From NCBI GenBank assembly GCA_963716175.1, contig OY970296.1:288001-352000 (forward strand): a stretch of 64,000 nt of DNA, written 5' to 3'. Position 1 is the first letter of the stretch, and the number at the start of each line of letters is the position of its first letter. The DNA comes from an uncultured Armatimonadetes bacterium (GTDB taxonomy: Bacteria > Armatimonadota > Hebobacteria > Hebobacterales > Hebobacteraceae). This document shows, in pieces, positions 56,286 to 64,000 of the stretch. A program made the position numbers and the translations under genes. The notes under the pieces were generated by a model. That model saw only the letters and a list, made by a program, of their open reading frames with translations, had not been told where the DNA came from and did no database searches.

Positions 56286-59200
56286 ATGGATAGGCGTCCG
56301 GCAGGCAACATGTCGCGGCGGGATTTCCTGCGCCAGGTTGTGGCGGGGGCAGCGGCCGCGGCAGGATCGGGAGCCACGTGGGCTGCCGACGGAGCGGGAG
56401 CGCGATCAGGACCACCTGTTTCCCAAGACCAGTCAGCAGTGCCACTGCCCGAGGGAGTGAAGGCGGTGTGGGACCTGAGCAAGGCGTATCAGGAGGCGAC
56501 GCCCACACGGGCTCGCATCTGCATCAATGGCCTCTGGCAGTGGCAGCCGGCCGCGGAGAGCGCAGACCAAGTCCCCGCCAGCAGCTGGGGCTACTTCAAG
56601 GTTCCCGGGTGCTGGCCCGGGATCGCCGACTACATGCAGGTGGAGTGCCAGACGGTCTATGCGCACCCGGACTGGCAGGACAAGGACCTGCGCGAGATTT
56701 CGGCGGCCTGGTACCAGCGGGAGATCACGATCCCGAGCGACTGGGGCGGGCGCCGCGTTACGCTGTACGCGGAGTACCTGAACTCCTATGCGGTGGTCTA
56801 CGTTGACGGGACCAGGGCAGGCGAGATCCGGTTCCCGGCGGGTGAAGTTGACCTCACCTCAGTCTGCCAGCCGGGCCGCAAGTATGTTCTCAGCATGCTC
56901 GTTCTCGCGCTGCCACTCAAAGGAGTCATGCTCTCCTACAGTGACACGGCGTCGGCGAGGCAAGTGCAGGGCTCAGTCGAGCGGCGTGGGCTGTGTGGAG
57001 ACGTCTACCTGGTCAGCACGCCGGCAGGCGCGCTCATCACAGAGGTGAAGCTTGACACATCAGTGCGCCGCTGGGAGATCACCATCGGGGCTGGGCTAGA
57101 CGGCTTGGCGGCAGACACAGCATACGTCCTGCGCGCTCAGATCACGGAGGATGGCCGCCAGGCGCGCGAGTTCACCAGCAGACGATTCGGCGCCAGCGAC
57201 CTCAAGGACGGACACATCACTTTTGCTGAGAACTACAAGCCGGATAAGCTCTGGGATACCCACACTCCTGAGAACGCCTACCAGCTCAGCCTCGCGCTCC
57301 TCGATGCCGAGGGCAGGACTCTGGACACTGCCCTGCCGGTGCGCTTCGGGTTCCGCGAGTTCTGGATCAATGGCCGGGACTTCTACCTGAATGGCACGCG
57401 CATCTTCCTCTCCGCCGTCCCGTTGGAGAATGCCGCGGTGGGGGCGATGGCGGCCAGCTATCAGGGCGCCCGTGAGAGCATGGAGCGGCTCAAGACGTTC
57501 GGGACCAACTTTGTCTACACGCACAACTACGGCTGCGAGCCGGGGTCGCACCTCAGCTTCGCGGAGATCCTGAGGGCCGCAGACGACGTAGGGATGCTGG
57601 TGGCCTTCTCCCAGCCTCACTTCGGCCACTATGACTGGGAGGCGTCGGACGCAGACCAGAGCAACGGCTACGCGCGCCACGCGGAATTCTACGTGCGCGT
57701 GGCGCAGAACCACCCCTCGGTGGTGGCATACGCCATGAGCCACAACGCGACCGGCTACAACGAGGACATGAACCCGGACATGATAGATGGAGTCCAGGAT
57801 GCCAGGGAAGAGTGGGGGCGCAGGAACTCCCTGCTCGCCCTGCGGGCCGAAGCCATCGTGAAGGGAATGGACCCCAGCCGGATTGTGTATCACCACTCGT
57901 CGGGCAACCTCGGCTCGATGCACACGATGAACTTCTACCCGAACTTCGTTCCCATCCAGGAGCTGTCCGACTGGTACGAGCACTGGGCCCGCCTCGGCGT
58001 GAAGCCGGCCTTCATGTGCGAGTACGGCGCGCCGTTCACCTGGGACTGGGCGATGTACCGTGGGTGGTACCGGGGCGAGCGAACTTTCGGGAGTGCCGAA
58101 GTGCCGTGGGAGTTCTGTCTTGCCGAGTGGGATGCGCAGTTCCTGGGCGACCGGGCCTTCCGGATGACCGAGATGGAGAAGACGAACCTGCGCTGGGAGG
58201 CCAAGCAGTTCCGGGAGGGTAAGCTCTGGCACCGGTGGGACTACCCCTACGAACTGGGATCAGCGCTCTTCGACGACCGGCATGTGGTGAGTGCCAGCTA
58301 CATCACGGACAACTGGCGCGCCTACCGCACCTGGGGGGTGTCGGCGAGCTCGCCCTGGGAGTACCAGCCCTTCTGGAGGCTGCGGGAGGGCGTTGACCGG
58401 AGCCGAAGGGAACTCGCGGTGGACTGGGAGCACCTGCAGCATCCGGGCTTCAGCGCGGACTACATTGACCGGCAGTTCGAGGTCATAGACCAGGCCTTCG
58501 ATCGGTCAGACTGGATCCCGGCGGCCGACGCGGAGGCCTTGATCCGCAACAACATGCCGCTGCTGGCTTACCTCGCAGGCAAGCAGGCCCGCTTCACGAG
58601 CAAGGACCACGACTTCTGGCCAGGCGAAGGGGCCGAGAAGCAGCTCATTATCATCAACAACTCACGCCAGACGGTGACCTGCGACTGGGAGTGGTCACTT
58701 GGCCTGCCGCAGCCCGCCGTCGGCCGTGGGAAGGTCACCGTACCGACCGGGGAGCAGAAACGCCTCCCCATCCGGGTACAGCTGCCGGCTGCGCTGCCGA
58801 CCGGCACATACCAGCTCACCGCCACCGCCAAGTTCGGCAACGGCGGCATTCAGGCGGATGCCTTCGCCATCCACGTCATGCCGCGCGTCGGAGGCGTGAG
58901 GCTGCAGTGCCAGACCGCACTCTTCGATCCCAGAGGTGAGACCGAGAAGCTGTTGGGAGGCATGGGCGTGCGGTGCCAGCCAGTGGCTGCCGGCGCCGAT
59001 CTTTCGCCATATGACGTGCTCGTGATCGGCAAGGGAGCGCTGGCAGCAGATGGGCCCGGGCCAGACCTCAGTCGGGTGCGTCAGGGGCTCAAGGTGATCG
59101 TATTCGAGCAGACGTCGGAGGGCCTTGAGAAACGGCTCGGCTTCCGGGTGACGGAGTACGGGCTGAGACAGGTCTTCGCGCGCGTGCCAGACCATCCTGC

Positions 59201-60266
59201 CCTGTCGGGGATCGCGGCCGAGAACCTGTGCGACTGGTGCGGCGAGGCAACCCTCGTGCTGCCGCGCCTGAACTATGAGACGAACCCCGACGTGTTCAAC
59301 GGCGCGCCTACGGTGAAATGGTGCGGGATTGAGGTGACGCGGGCGTGGCGCTGTGGATGCAGGGGCAATGTCGCTTCGGTCCTCATCGAGAAGCCCGCGC
59401 GAGGCAACTTCCTCCCGCTGGTTGACGGCGGGTTCGGCTTGCAGTACAGCCCGCTGTTGGAGTACCGCGAAGGCAAAGGGATGATCCTCTTCTGTCAGAT
59501 GGATGTGACGGGGCGCACCGAAAGCGATCCCGCGGCCGAGACGCTAACCCGGAACCTCCTCCAGTATGCAGCCGCCTGGAAGCCCTCCCCGAATCGGAAC
59601 GCGCTCTACGTCGGCGCCCCCGCCGGGCAGGAATACTTCGAGGCCGCCGGCATTCCCCTCAGCTCCTACAAGAGGGCCGAACTGTCAGCGGACCAGGTGC
59701 TGATCGTGGGGCCAGGTGGCGAGCCGCAGCTCGCAAGGGAGGCGGATCAGATCCGCTCCTGGCTCAAGTCCGGCGGGCACCTCTTGGCAATCGGACTCGA
59801 TGAAGCTGGCGCGAATGCCTTCCTCCCTTCACGAGTCAGCATGAAGAGAGAGGAGCATATCTGCGCCTGGTTCGAGCCCTTCGGCATCGGCTCTCCGTTC
59901 GTGGGCGTGGCACCGGCGGATGTCGTGAACCGCGACCCGCGAGAGCTTCCCCTAGTGTCGGCGGGTGCTTCGGTGGTGGGTGACGGCGTCCTCGCCAAGG
60001 TCGAGGGCGCCAACGTAGTCTTCTGCCAACTCGTGCCCTGGGAGTTCGCGCCTCAGAAGCAGATGAACCTCAAGCGCACCTACCGCCGGGCGAGCTTCCT
60101 GGTAGCGCGCTTGCTGGGCAACATGGGGGTGGCCGGCACTACTCCCCTTCTCGGTCGCTTCCGCGAACCGCTGACCGCATCCGACCCGGGCAAACGCTGG
60201 CTGGAGGGCCTCTACCTCGACCAGCCCGAGGAATGGGACGACCCGTATCGGTTCTTCCGCTGGTAG
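56286..60266 (+). CDS. Tat-exported GH2-like glycoside hydrolase (1326 aa)
   Basis: SRRDFL twin-arginine signal, INGLWQW, AWYQREITIP..W.G.R, RFGFREF.I.G.DFYLNG, NHPSVV, CEYGA. Confidence 0.85.
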   Translation: MDRRPAGNMSRRDFLRQVVAGAAAAAGSGATWAADGAGARSGPPVSQDQSAVPLPEGVKAVWDLSKAYQEATPTRARICINGLWQWQPAAESADQVPASSWGYFKVPGCWPGIADYMQVECQTVYAHPDWQDKDLREISAAWYQREITIPSDWGGRRVTLYAEYLNSYAVVYVDGTRAGEIRFPAGEVDLTSVCQPGRKYVLSMLVLALPLKGVMLSYSDTASARQVQGSVERRGLCGDVYLVSTPAGALITEVKLDTSVRRWEITIGAGLDGLAADTAYVLRAQITEDGRQAREFTSRRFGASDLKDGHITFAENYKPDKLWDTHTPENAYQLSLALLDAEGRTLDTALPVRFGFREFWINGRDFYLNGTRIFLSAVPLENAAVGAMAASYQGARESMERLKTFGTNFVYTHNYGCEPGSHLSFAEILRAADDVGMLVAFSQPHFGHYDWEASDADQSNGYARHAEFYVRVAQNHPSVVAYAMSHNATGYNEDMNPDMIDGVQDAREEWGRRNSLLALRAEAIVKGMDPSRIVYHHSSGNLGSMHTMNFYPNFVPIQELSDWYEHWARLGVKPAFMCEYGAPFTWDWAMYRGWYRGERTFGSAEVPWEFCLAEWDAQFLGDRAFRMTEMEKTNLRWEAKQFREGKLWHRWDYPYELGSALFDDRHVVSASYITDNWRAYRTWGVSASSPWEYQPFWRLREGVDRSRRELAVDWEHLQHPGFSADYIDRQFEVIDQAFDRSDWIPAADAEALIRNNMPLLAYLAGKQARFTSKDHDFWPGEGAEKQLIIINNSRQTVTCDWEWSLGLPQPAVGRGKVTVPTGEQKRLPIRVQLPAALPTGTYQLTATAKFGNGGIQADAFAIHVMPRVGGVRLQCQTALFDPRGETEKLLGGMGVRCQPVAAGADLSPYDVLVIGKGALAADGPGPDLSRVRQGLKVIVFEQTSEGLEKRLGFRVTEYGLRQVFARVPDHPALSGIAAENLCDWCGEATLVLPRLNYETNPDVFNGAPTVKWCGIEVTRAWRCGCRGNVASVLIEKPARGNFLPLVDGGFGLQYSPLLEYREGKGMILFCQMDVTGRTESDPAAETLTRNLLQYAAAWKPSPNRNALYVGAPAGQEYFEAAGIPLSSYKRAELSADQVLIVGPGGEPQLAREADQIRSWLKSGGHLLAIGLDEAGANAFLPSRVSMKREEHICAWFEPFGIGSPFVGVAPADVVNRDPRELPLVSAGASVVGDGVLAKVEGANVVFCQLVPWEFAPQKQMNLKRTYRRASFLVARLLGNMGVAGTTPLLGRFREPLTASDPGKRWLEGLYLDQPEEWDDPYRFFRW

Positions 60267-60437
60267 CGGGTGGCGTCGCCACGGGGTGCAACATGCTGGC
60301 GATCCCGGCCTCGGGTCTGTGTCCTGCCCAATGCGTCCCGCCGGCCGCAGATCCACGAACGCCGCTCGCGTTCTGCTCACAATAGCGTCGCGTGGCGGTA
60401 TCTCCACAACACCCAGAGGGCGAAGCGGCACATCGGA

Positions 60438-60471
60438 GCAAACGAACGGAGCGCCCGAGGGCGCTCCGTTC
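60438..60471 (-). terminator. Hairpin between convergent GH2 and prepilin gene 3
   Basis: GAACGGAGCGCC-CGAG-GGCGCTCCGTTC (60444-60471) followed by GTTT on the minus strand. Confidence 0.7.
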
Positions 60472-60568
60472 ACTCACCTTCATCTAAGACGGACATCTCC
60501 TGCGCAAAGGCCGGAGGCCCTGAGTGGCCCCGCAGCGCCCAGCATGCTTCGCTGTCGTACGCTGCCTG

Positions 60569-61567
60569 CTACCAGTGCTCCCCAGGTATATAGTCAGGCA
60601 CGTGCTGGGCGCCCATGGGTGGGAGTTGGCTGGGGTCGGCGTTGGCCGCGGCGAGTATCGCGTTCGCGTTCCACCAGGCGGCGTGGCCGTCAACGAACCC
60701 GAGGTTGTTGCCGCCCATGTGCCGCGTGTACTTGCTGCGCCACGAGGGGTCGCCCCAGAACTTGTCTATGTCGTGCTTGTCTACACCGCAGACTATAGTC
60801 TCGGAACAGTTCACCCAGTCTCCGCCGCAGTTGTCGGGACGCTCTACAACGCTGCCCCAGGTAATGCGACAGGCCTCCGGATAGGCAACCTGCTCGATGC
60901 GATCGAAGTACCTGTGCAAGCCCCGCTCGGCCACGATCAGGGTCTTGGCCGGATCATCAACTTGGGAGAGCTTCTTCTCCACTTCGCCGTAGACCGCGTG
61001 CGTGTCGCCGTAGTCCATCTCGACCGCGCCCTGCTCCGGGGTCGCGCCGTCGGGAGGGCAGCCGTCCACCAAAGCCATGTTGTCGGTAACGGTGCCGCCC
61101 CAGCCCGAGGGCCAACTCTCAGCGCAGACGCAGGTGGGCCAGTTGTCCTTCAGCTCCTGGAACCAGTTCGCTTGTCCGTACACCCGCTCTGCACAGGCTA
61201 CGCTGCGCGCGCTCGGACATCTCCAAACGTCGCGGTTCTTCACGTACTCGTCCAGGATGACCGGCCATCTCAGATAGGGATTCGCCCCAGTCGGGTAAGT
61301 GCAGCAGCCAGGGGTCACATCGCAGCCGTTGTCGGCGAAGAACTGCACCACAGCCGGGTCATGTTCCCTCGGCGGGTACCTGTCATAGTCCACGAAATAC
61401 ATCTGAAATGCCATGGCGATGTTCTTGACATTCGACAGGCATTGGATCTTGCGGGCCGATTCCCGCGCCCGTGCGAACACCGGGAACAGCATTGCGGCGA
61501 GGATCGCGATGATCGCGATCACCACCAGCAGCTCGATCAGAGTGAAACCTCTATTCTTTCGAACCAT
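60569..61567 (-). CDS. Prepilin-type N-methylation / DUF1559-like / H-X9-DG protein, paralog 3
   Basis: Same N-terminal motif and RHMGGNNLGFVDGH. GAGGAGG SD. Confidence 0.92.
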   Translation of the reverse strand: MVRKNRGFTLIELLVVIAIIAILAAMLFPVFARARESARKIQCLSNVKNIAMAFQMYFVDYDRYPPREHDPAVVQFFADNGCDVTPGCCTYPTGANPYLRWPVILDEYVKNRDVWRCPSARSVACAERVYGQANWFQELKDNWPTCVCAESWPSGWGGTVTDNMALVDGCPPDGATPEQGAVEMDYGDTHAVYGEVEKKLSQVDDPAKTLIVAERGLHRYFDRIEQVAYPEACRITWGSVVERPDNCGGDWVNCSETIVCGVDKHDIDKFWGDPSWRSKYTRHMGGNNLGFVDGHAAWWNANAILAAANADPSQLPPMGAQHVPDYIPGEHW

Positions 61568-61895
61568 CTAAGCTATGCCTCCTCGCGGATGATCCACGGT
61601 ATGCCGCTCCAGAGACCCCGCCGCCTTCTGCCGTCACCTCCTTTCGTGCACCGCGCATCAGCTCCAGGGCCACCAGAACCGATCCCCTTCGACGGCGCCA
61701 TCGCAGCGGAGAGTTGAACTCGACTGAGAAAAACCGAGCCGGCCTATCTGCTCGATCGGAGCGCGATCTCGGCACAACACCAAACGCACGCGAGCCCGCC
61801 GCGTGCCTCGGAAGAGGATACCATCGCGAGAGGCCAACGTCAACGGCCAAGTCTACGCGGGGCCTGCGCTCAGACTGCGAAGGACACGGCAGGCA

Positions 61896-63704
61896 TCACC
61901 TCGCCTGGGCAGCGCCGATCCTCGCATGTGCCCGCGTCAGCGCCTCCACCAGGTAATCCCAGGGCTGCCCGCCAGCGCGGACGAGGCCCCGGTTGGCTTG
62001 TCGGCGCTCGTCGTCAATGTCGCTCCAGATGAACCAGTGCGCCCCCACCACGAACGGCATGTTGTAGAAGTCGAGCGTCACGCGCGCCGCTTGGCGGGCC
62101 CGCTCCGACTGGTTCCCGACCACCTCGTTCCATGACCAGTCGAGCTTCTCGGGGTTATCGTAGAGGCCCGAGTCCAGGGCTGGAATAGACCACTCGCCCA
62201 CGATAATCGGGCGCCCGGTCTTCTCATGCACGGTGCGGTAGATCAGCTTCTCCACATCGCTGAGGCCGGCGCGCTGATTGGCGGGGTAGAGATTCACCGC
62301 GATCGCGTCGTACCGCGAGTAGAGATCGAGGTGATCCATCCAGGCACCAATGTCGTCAAGCATGAAACGGTTAGAGATCACCAGGTGGTCGGGATCCTCT
62401 CCCCGGATAACCCGAAGCGTGATGTCAATATACCGCGTCACGATCTCGCGCTCGAAAACTCTGAAGTCTTCATACATCCGCCCTGTCCGCTTTGTCGGCT
62501 CCGGCCTGCCTGCAATCAAGGCATCGAAAGAGGCGAACCCGGTTCCCCACGCCTCGTTCACAGCGGCAGCGTCGCTGTACCTACCCTCGAGGAATCCGCG
62601 GAACGCGTGCGAGCAGTGTTCCGAGTAGACATGCCGGTACAGCTCAGTGTGGCATACTTCGTTATCGGCGAAGTAGCCAATGAACCACGATCTGCCTCGT
62701 ACTATGTTGGCAATCTCGCGCACTCGCCCTCGGTACACTTCCTCAAAACGTGGATCGAACGGGTCGGGAAAGGCGTGCCCCTCCCCGGTAGTGTCATTGC
62801 CTGCGTCCACCAGCGCGTCGCATTGCCCCGACCAACTACCGGTCTCCAGCGTGGCAAAGATCGCGAAGGGCTTCTCTCCGCCGGCGGCCAGCGCATCATT
62901 GATCGGCCCCCAGCGGCGGATGTTCGTCCAACCGGCAAGGGAGTTGAACCCCGCCGATCGCAGGAAGGCCGCCGCCTCGCGTCCTCGCGTCATCCAGTCA
63001 GTCTCGCGGAATAGCCAGGGCCCGTCAGTCCCTATCGAGTAGAAGCCTTCGCCCTCCGGCGTGATCAACCACCACACGCCACCTCTCTCCTCCAGATGGT
63101 AAAAGCCTGTCTTCTGGCAACGGTCGGGCGGGGCTGGCCGCGTCACCGGGCCTGGATCAGCAGGCAGCTCCAGCTCCGGGGCGCGAGGAGACATGGTCAA
63201 CCCCGTGAACAAGGCCTTCCCTTCTGTCTTCCCCGCCAGCCCCAGGCCAGGAGACACTGAATCGGCGCCGGTCGGCGCGGATCGAAATGCAAACTCGAAA
63301 GGCGTCCAGTCCTTCGCGGGTGCGAGGCCCAGATACTTGGTGGCGATCCGCCGCTTGCCTGCGCGGAACTCGATGTACACGGTAGCACCATAGATGGGCA
63401 GATCTTCCGTGCGGTAATAGCCCCGCAGCACACCAGTAGTGAATGGCAGGGGCTCGGCGTACTGGAATCGGGTGCTGTAGCGGCCGCGCCGCCAAGGGCC
63501 CACCACCAGGCATGGGCCTCGGTTCGCATCGCGCTCGATCGCGAGCGTTGCCGCTTCGTCTGCTGTCACGCCTGCTGGAGGGAAGACCTTTTTCTGCCAC
63601 CCGCTGTCTGAGATCGGCAGCCGCATATCACTCTCCGCCGAAGCCAGAGCGAGAACTACGCATGACGAACCGAGAATGACAGCCAGTAGCCACGGTCCCG
63701 GCAT
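61896..63704 (-). CDS. Secreted GH50 (beta-agarase-like, clan GH-A) glycoside hydrolase with N-terminal CBM-like domain
   Basis: WWLITPEG..FYSIG, FPDPFDP, IGYFADNE, TGRPIIVGEW, VVGAHWF.W.D. The substrate cannot be determined from sequence. Confidence 0.75.
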   Translation of the reverse strand: MPGPWLLAVILGSSCVVLALASAESDMRLPISDSGWQKKVFPPAGVTADEAATLAIERDANRGPCLVVGPWRRGRYSTRFQYAEPLPFTTGVLRGYYRTEDLPIYGATVYIEFRAGKRRIATKYLGLAPAKDWTPFEFAFRSAPTGADSVSPGLGLAGKTEGKALFTGLTMSPRAPELELPADPGPVTRPAPPDRCQKTGFYHLEERGGVWWLITPEGEGFYSIGTDGPWLFRETDWMTRGREAAAFLRSAGFNSLAGWTNIRRWGPINDALAAGGEKPFAIFATLETGSWSGQCDALVDAGNDTTGEGHAFPDPFDPRFEEVYRGRVREIANIVRGRSWFIGYFADNEVCHTELYRHVYSEHCSHAFRGFLEGRYSDAAAVNEAWGTGFASFDALIAGRPEPTKRTGRMYEDFRVFEREIVTRYIDITLRVIRGEDPDHLVISNRFMLDDIGAWMDHLDLYSRYDAIAVNLYPANQRAGLSDVEKLIYRTVHEKTGRPIIVGEWSIPALDSGLYDNPEKLDWSWNEVVGNQSERARQAARVTLDFYNMPFVVGAHWFIWSDIDDERRQANRGLVRAGGQPWDYLVEALTRAHARIGAAQAR

Positions 63705-63940
63705 TTCCGCCTCCGAGCCATCCGCTCCGAGGTATCCCTCGGAGTCACTCTGCCAACCTTTGCCCCGACGGCAACCCTACTCCTTCCCGCACCAGCATCA
63801 CGTCGGCGGCTCCGCTCCGCATGTTCATCCCTTCTTCATGCAATGCACCGCCCGGACGCGGACCCGAGCCCGGCGAATCCGGCCGAGGTCCAGGTGACGA
63901 TGCCATTTGCCAAGCACCGGCCCCAGTGGCACAGCCCCCG

Positions 63941-64000
63941 TCAGGCGGCCAACTCCTTCAGCAGTTGCACCGCGGCTTCCAGCATCTTCGTGCCCGTCCC
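63941..64000 (-). CDS. 3' end of a gene continuing beyond the window
   Basis: Minus frame reads GTGTKMLEAAVQLLKELAA-stop with typical high-GC codon usage. Confidence 0.6.
   Translation of the reverse strand, partial: GTGTKMLEAAVQLLKELAA

Noticed and set aside
52917-61717. Long antisense ORFs over the prepilin genes and many others across the window
   Set aside because: Typical high-GC shadow ORFs opposite genes with clear family motifs.

Overview
High-GC bacterial chromosomal window, most likely Armatimonadota. This is inferred from three '[38 protein letters not shown]' prepilin/H-X9-DG paralogs, PKD+SLH proteins and a DUF6785-type membrane protein. It has four parts. (1) 1-5.4 kb: a partial GT-C glycosyltransferase converging on a minus-strand regulatory trio of a sigma54-dependent activator, a PilZ protein and rpoN. 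(2) 6-36 kb: a ~30 kb Wzx/Wzy-type exopolysaccharide/capsule cluster (Wza, Wzc, sugar dehydrogenase, deacetylases, priming transferase, epimerase, several GTs, CapK-like ligase, polymerase, flippase, GNATs, radical SAM, methyltransferases). It contains five apparent domain fusions and four single-base frameshifts. (3) 36-42.8 kb: an amino-acid dehydrogenase homolog, two PKD-SLH surface proteins (one with 249-bp tandem repeats) and an 820-bp structured intergenic region. (4) 42.8-64 kb: a catabolic island with GH-like enzymes, an M14 hydrolase, two nitrilase-family enzymes, a nitroreductase, a transporter and three prepilin-like genes. The strongest signal is a self-contained sigma54 circuit: six -24/-12 motifs in intergenic positions, one upstream of PilZ-rpoN itself; an activator with Glu at the phospho-acceptor position; and an RpoN with a CxxC-x8-CxxC insert. 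Also notable is a cassette architecture shared by all three prepilin genes: an orphan second SD 67-70 nt upstream and a related downstream hairpin. All family calls come from motif recognition by eye; no database searches were run. No rRNA, tRNA, CRISPR array or transposase was seen.
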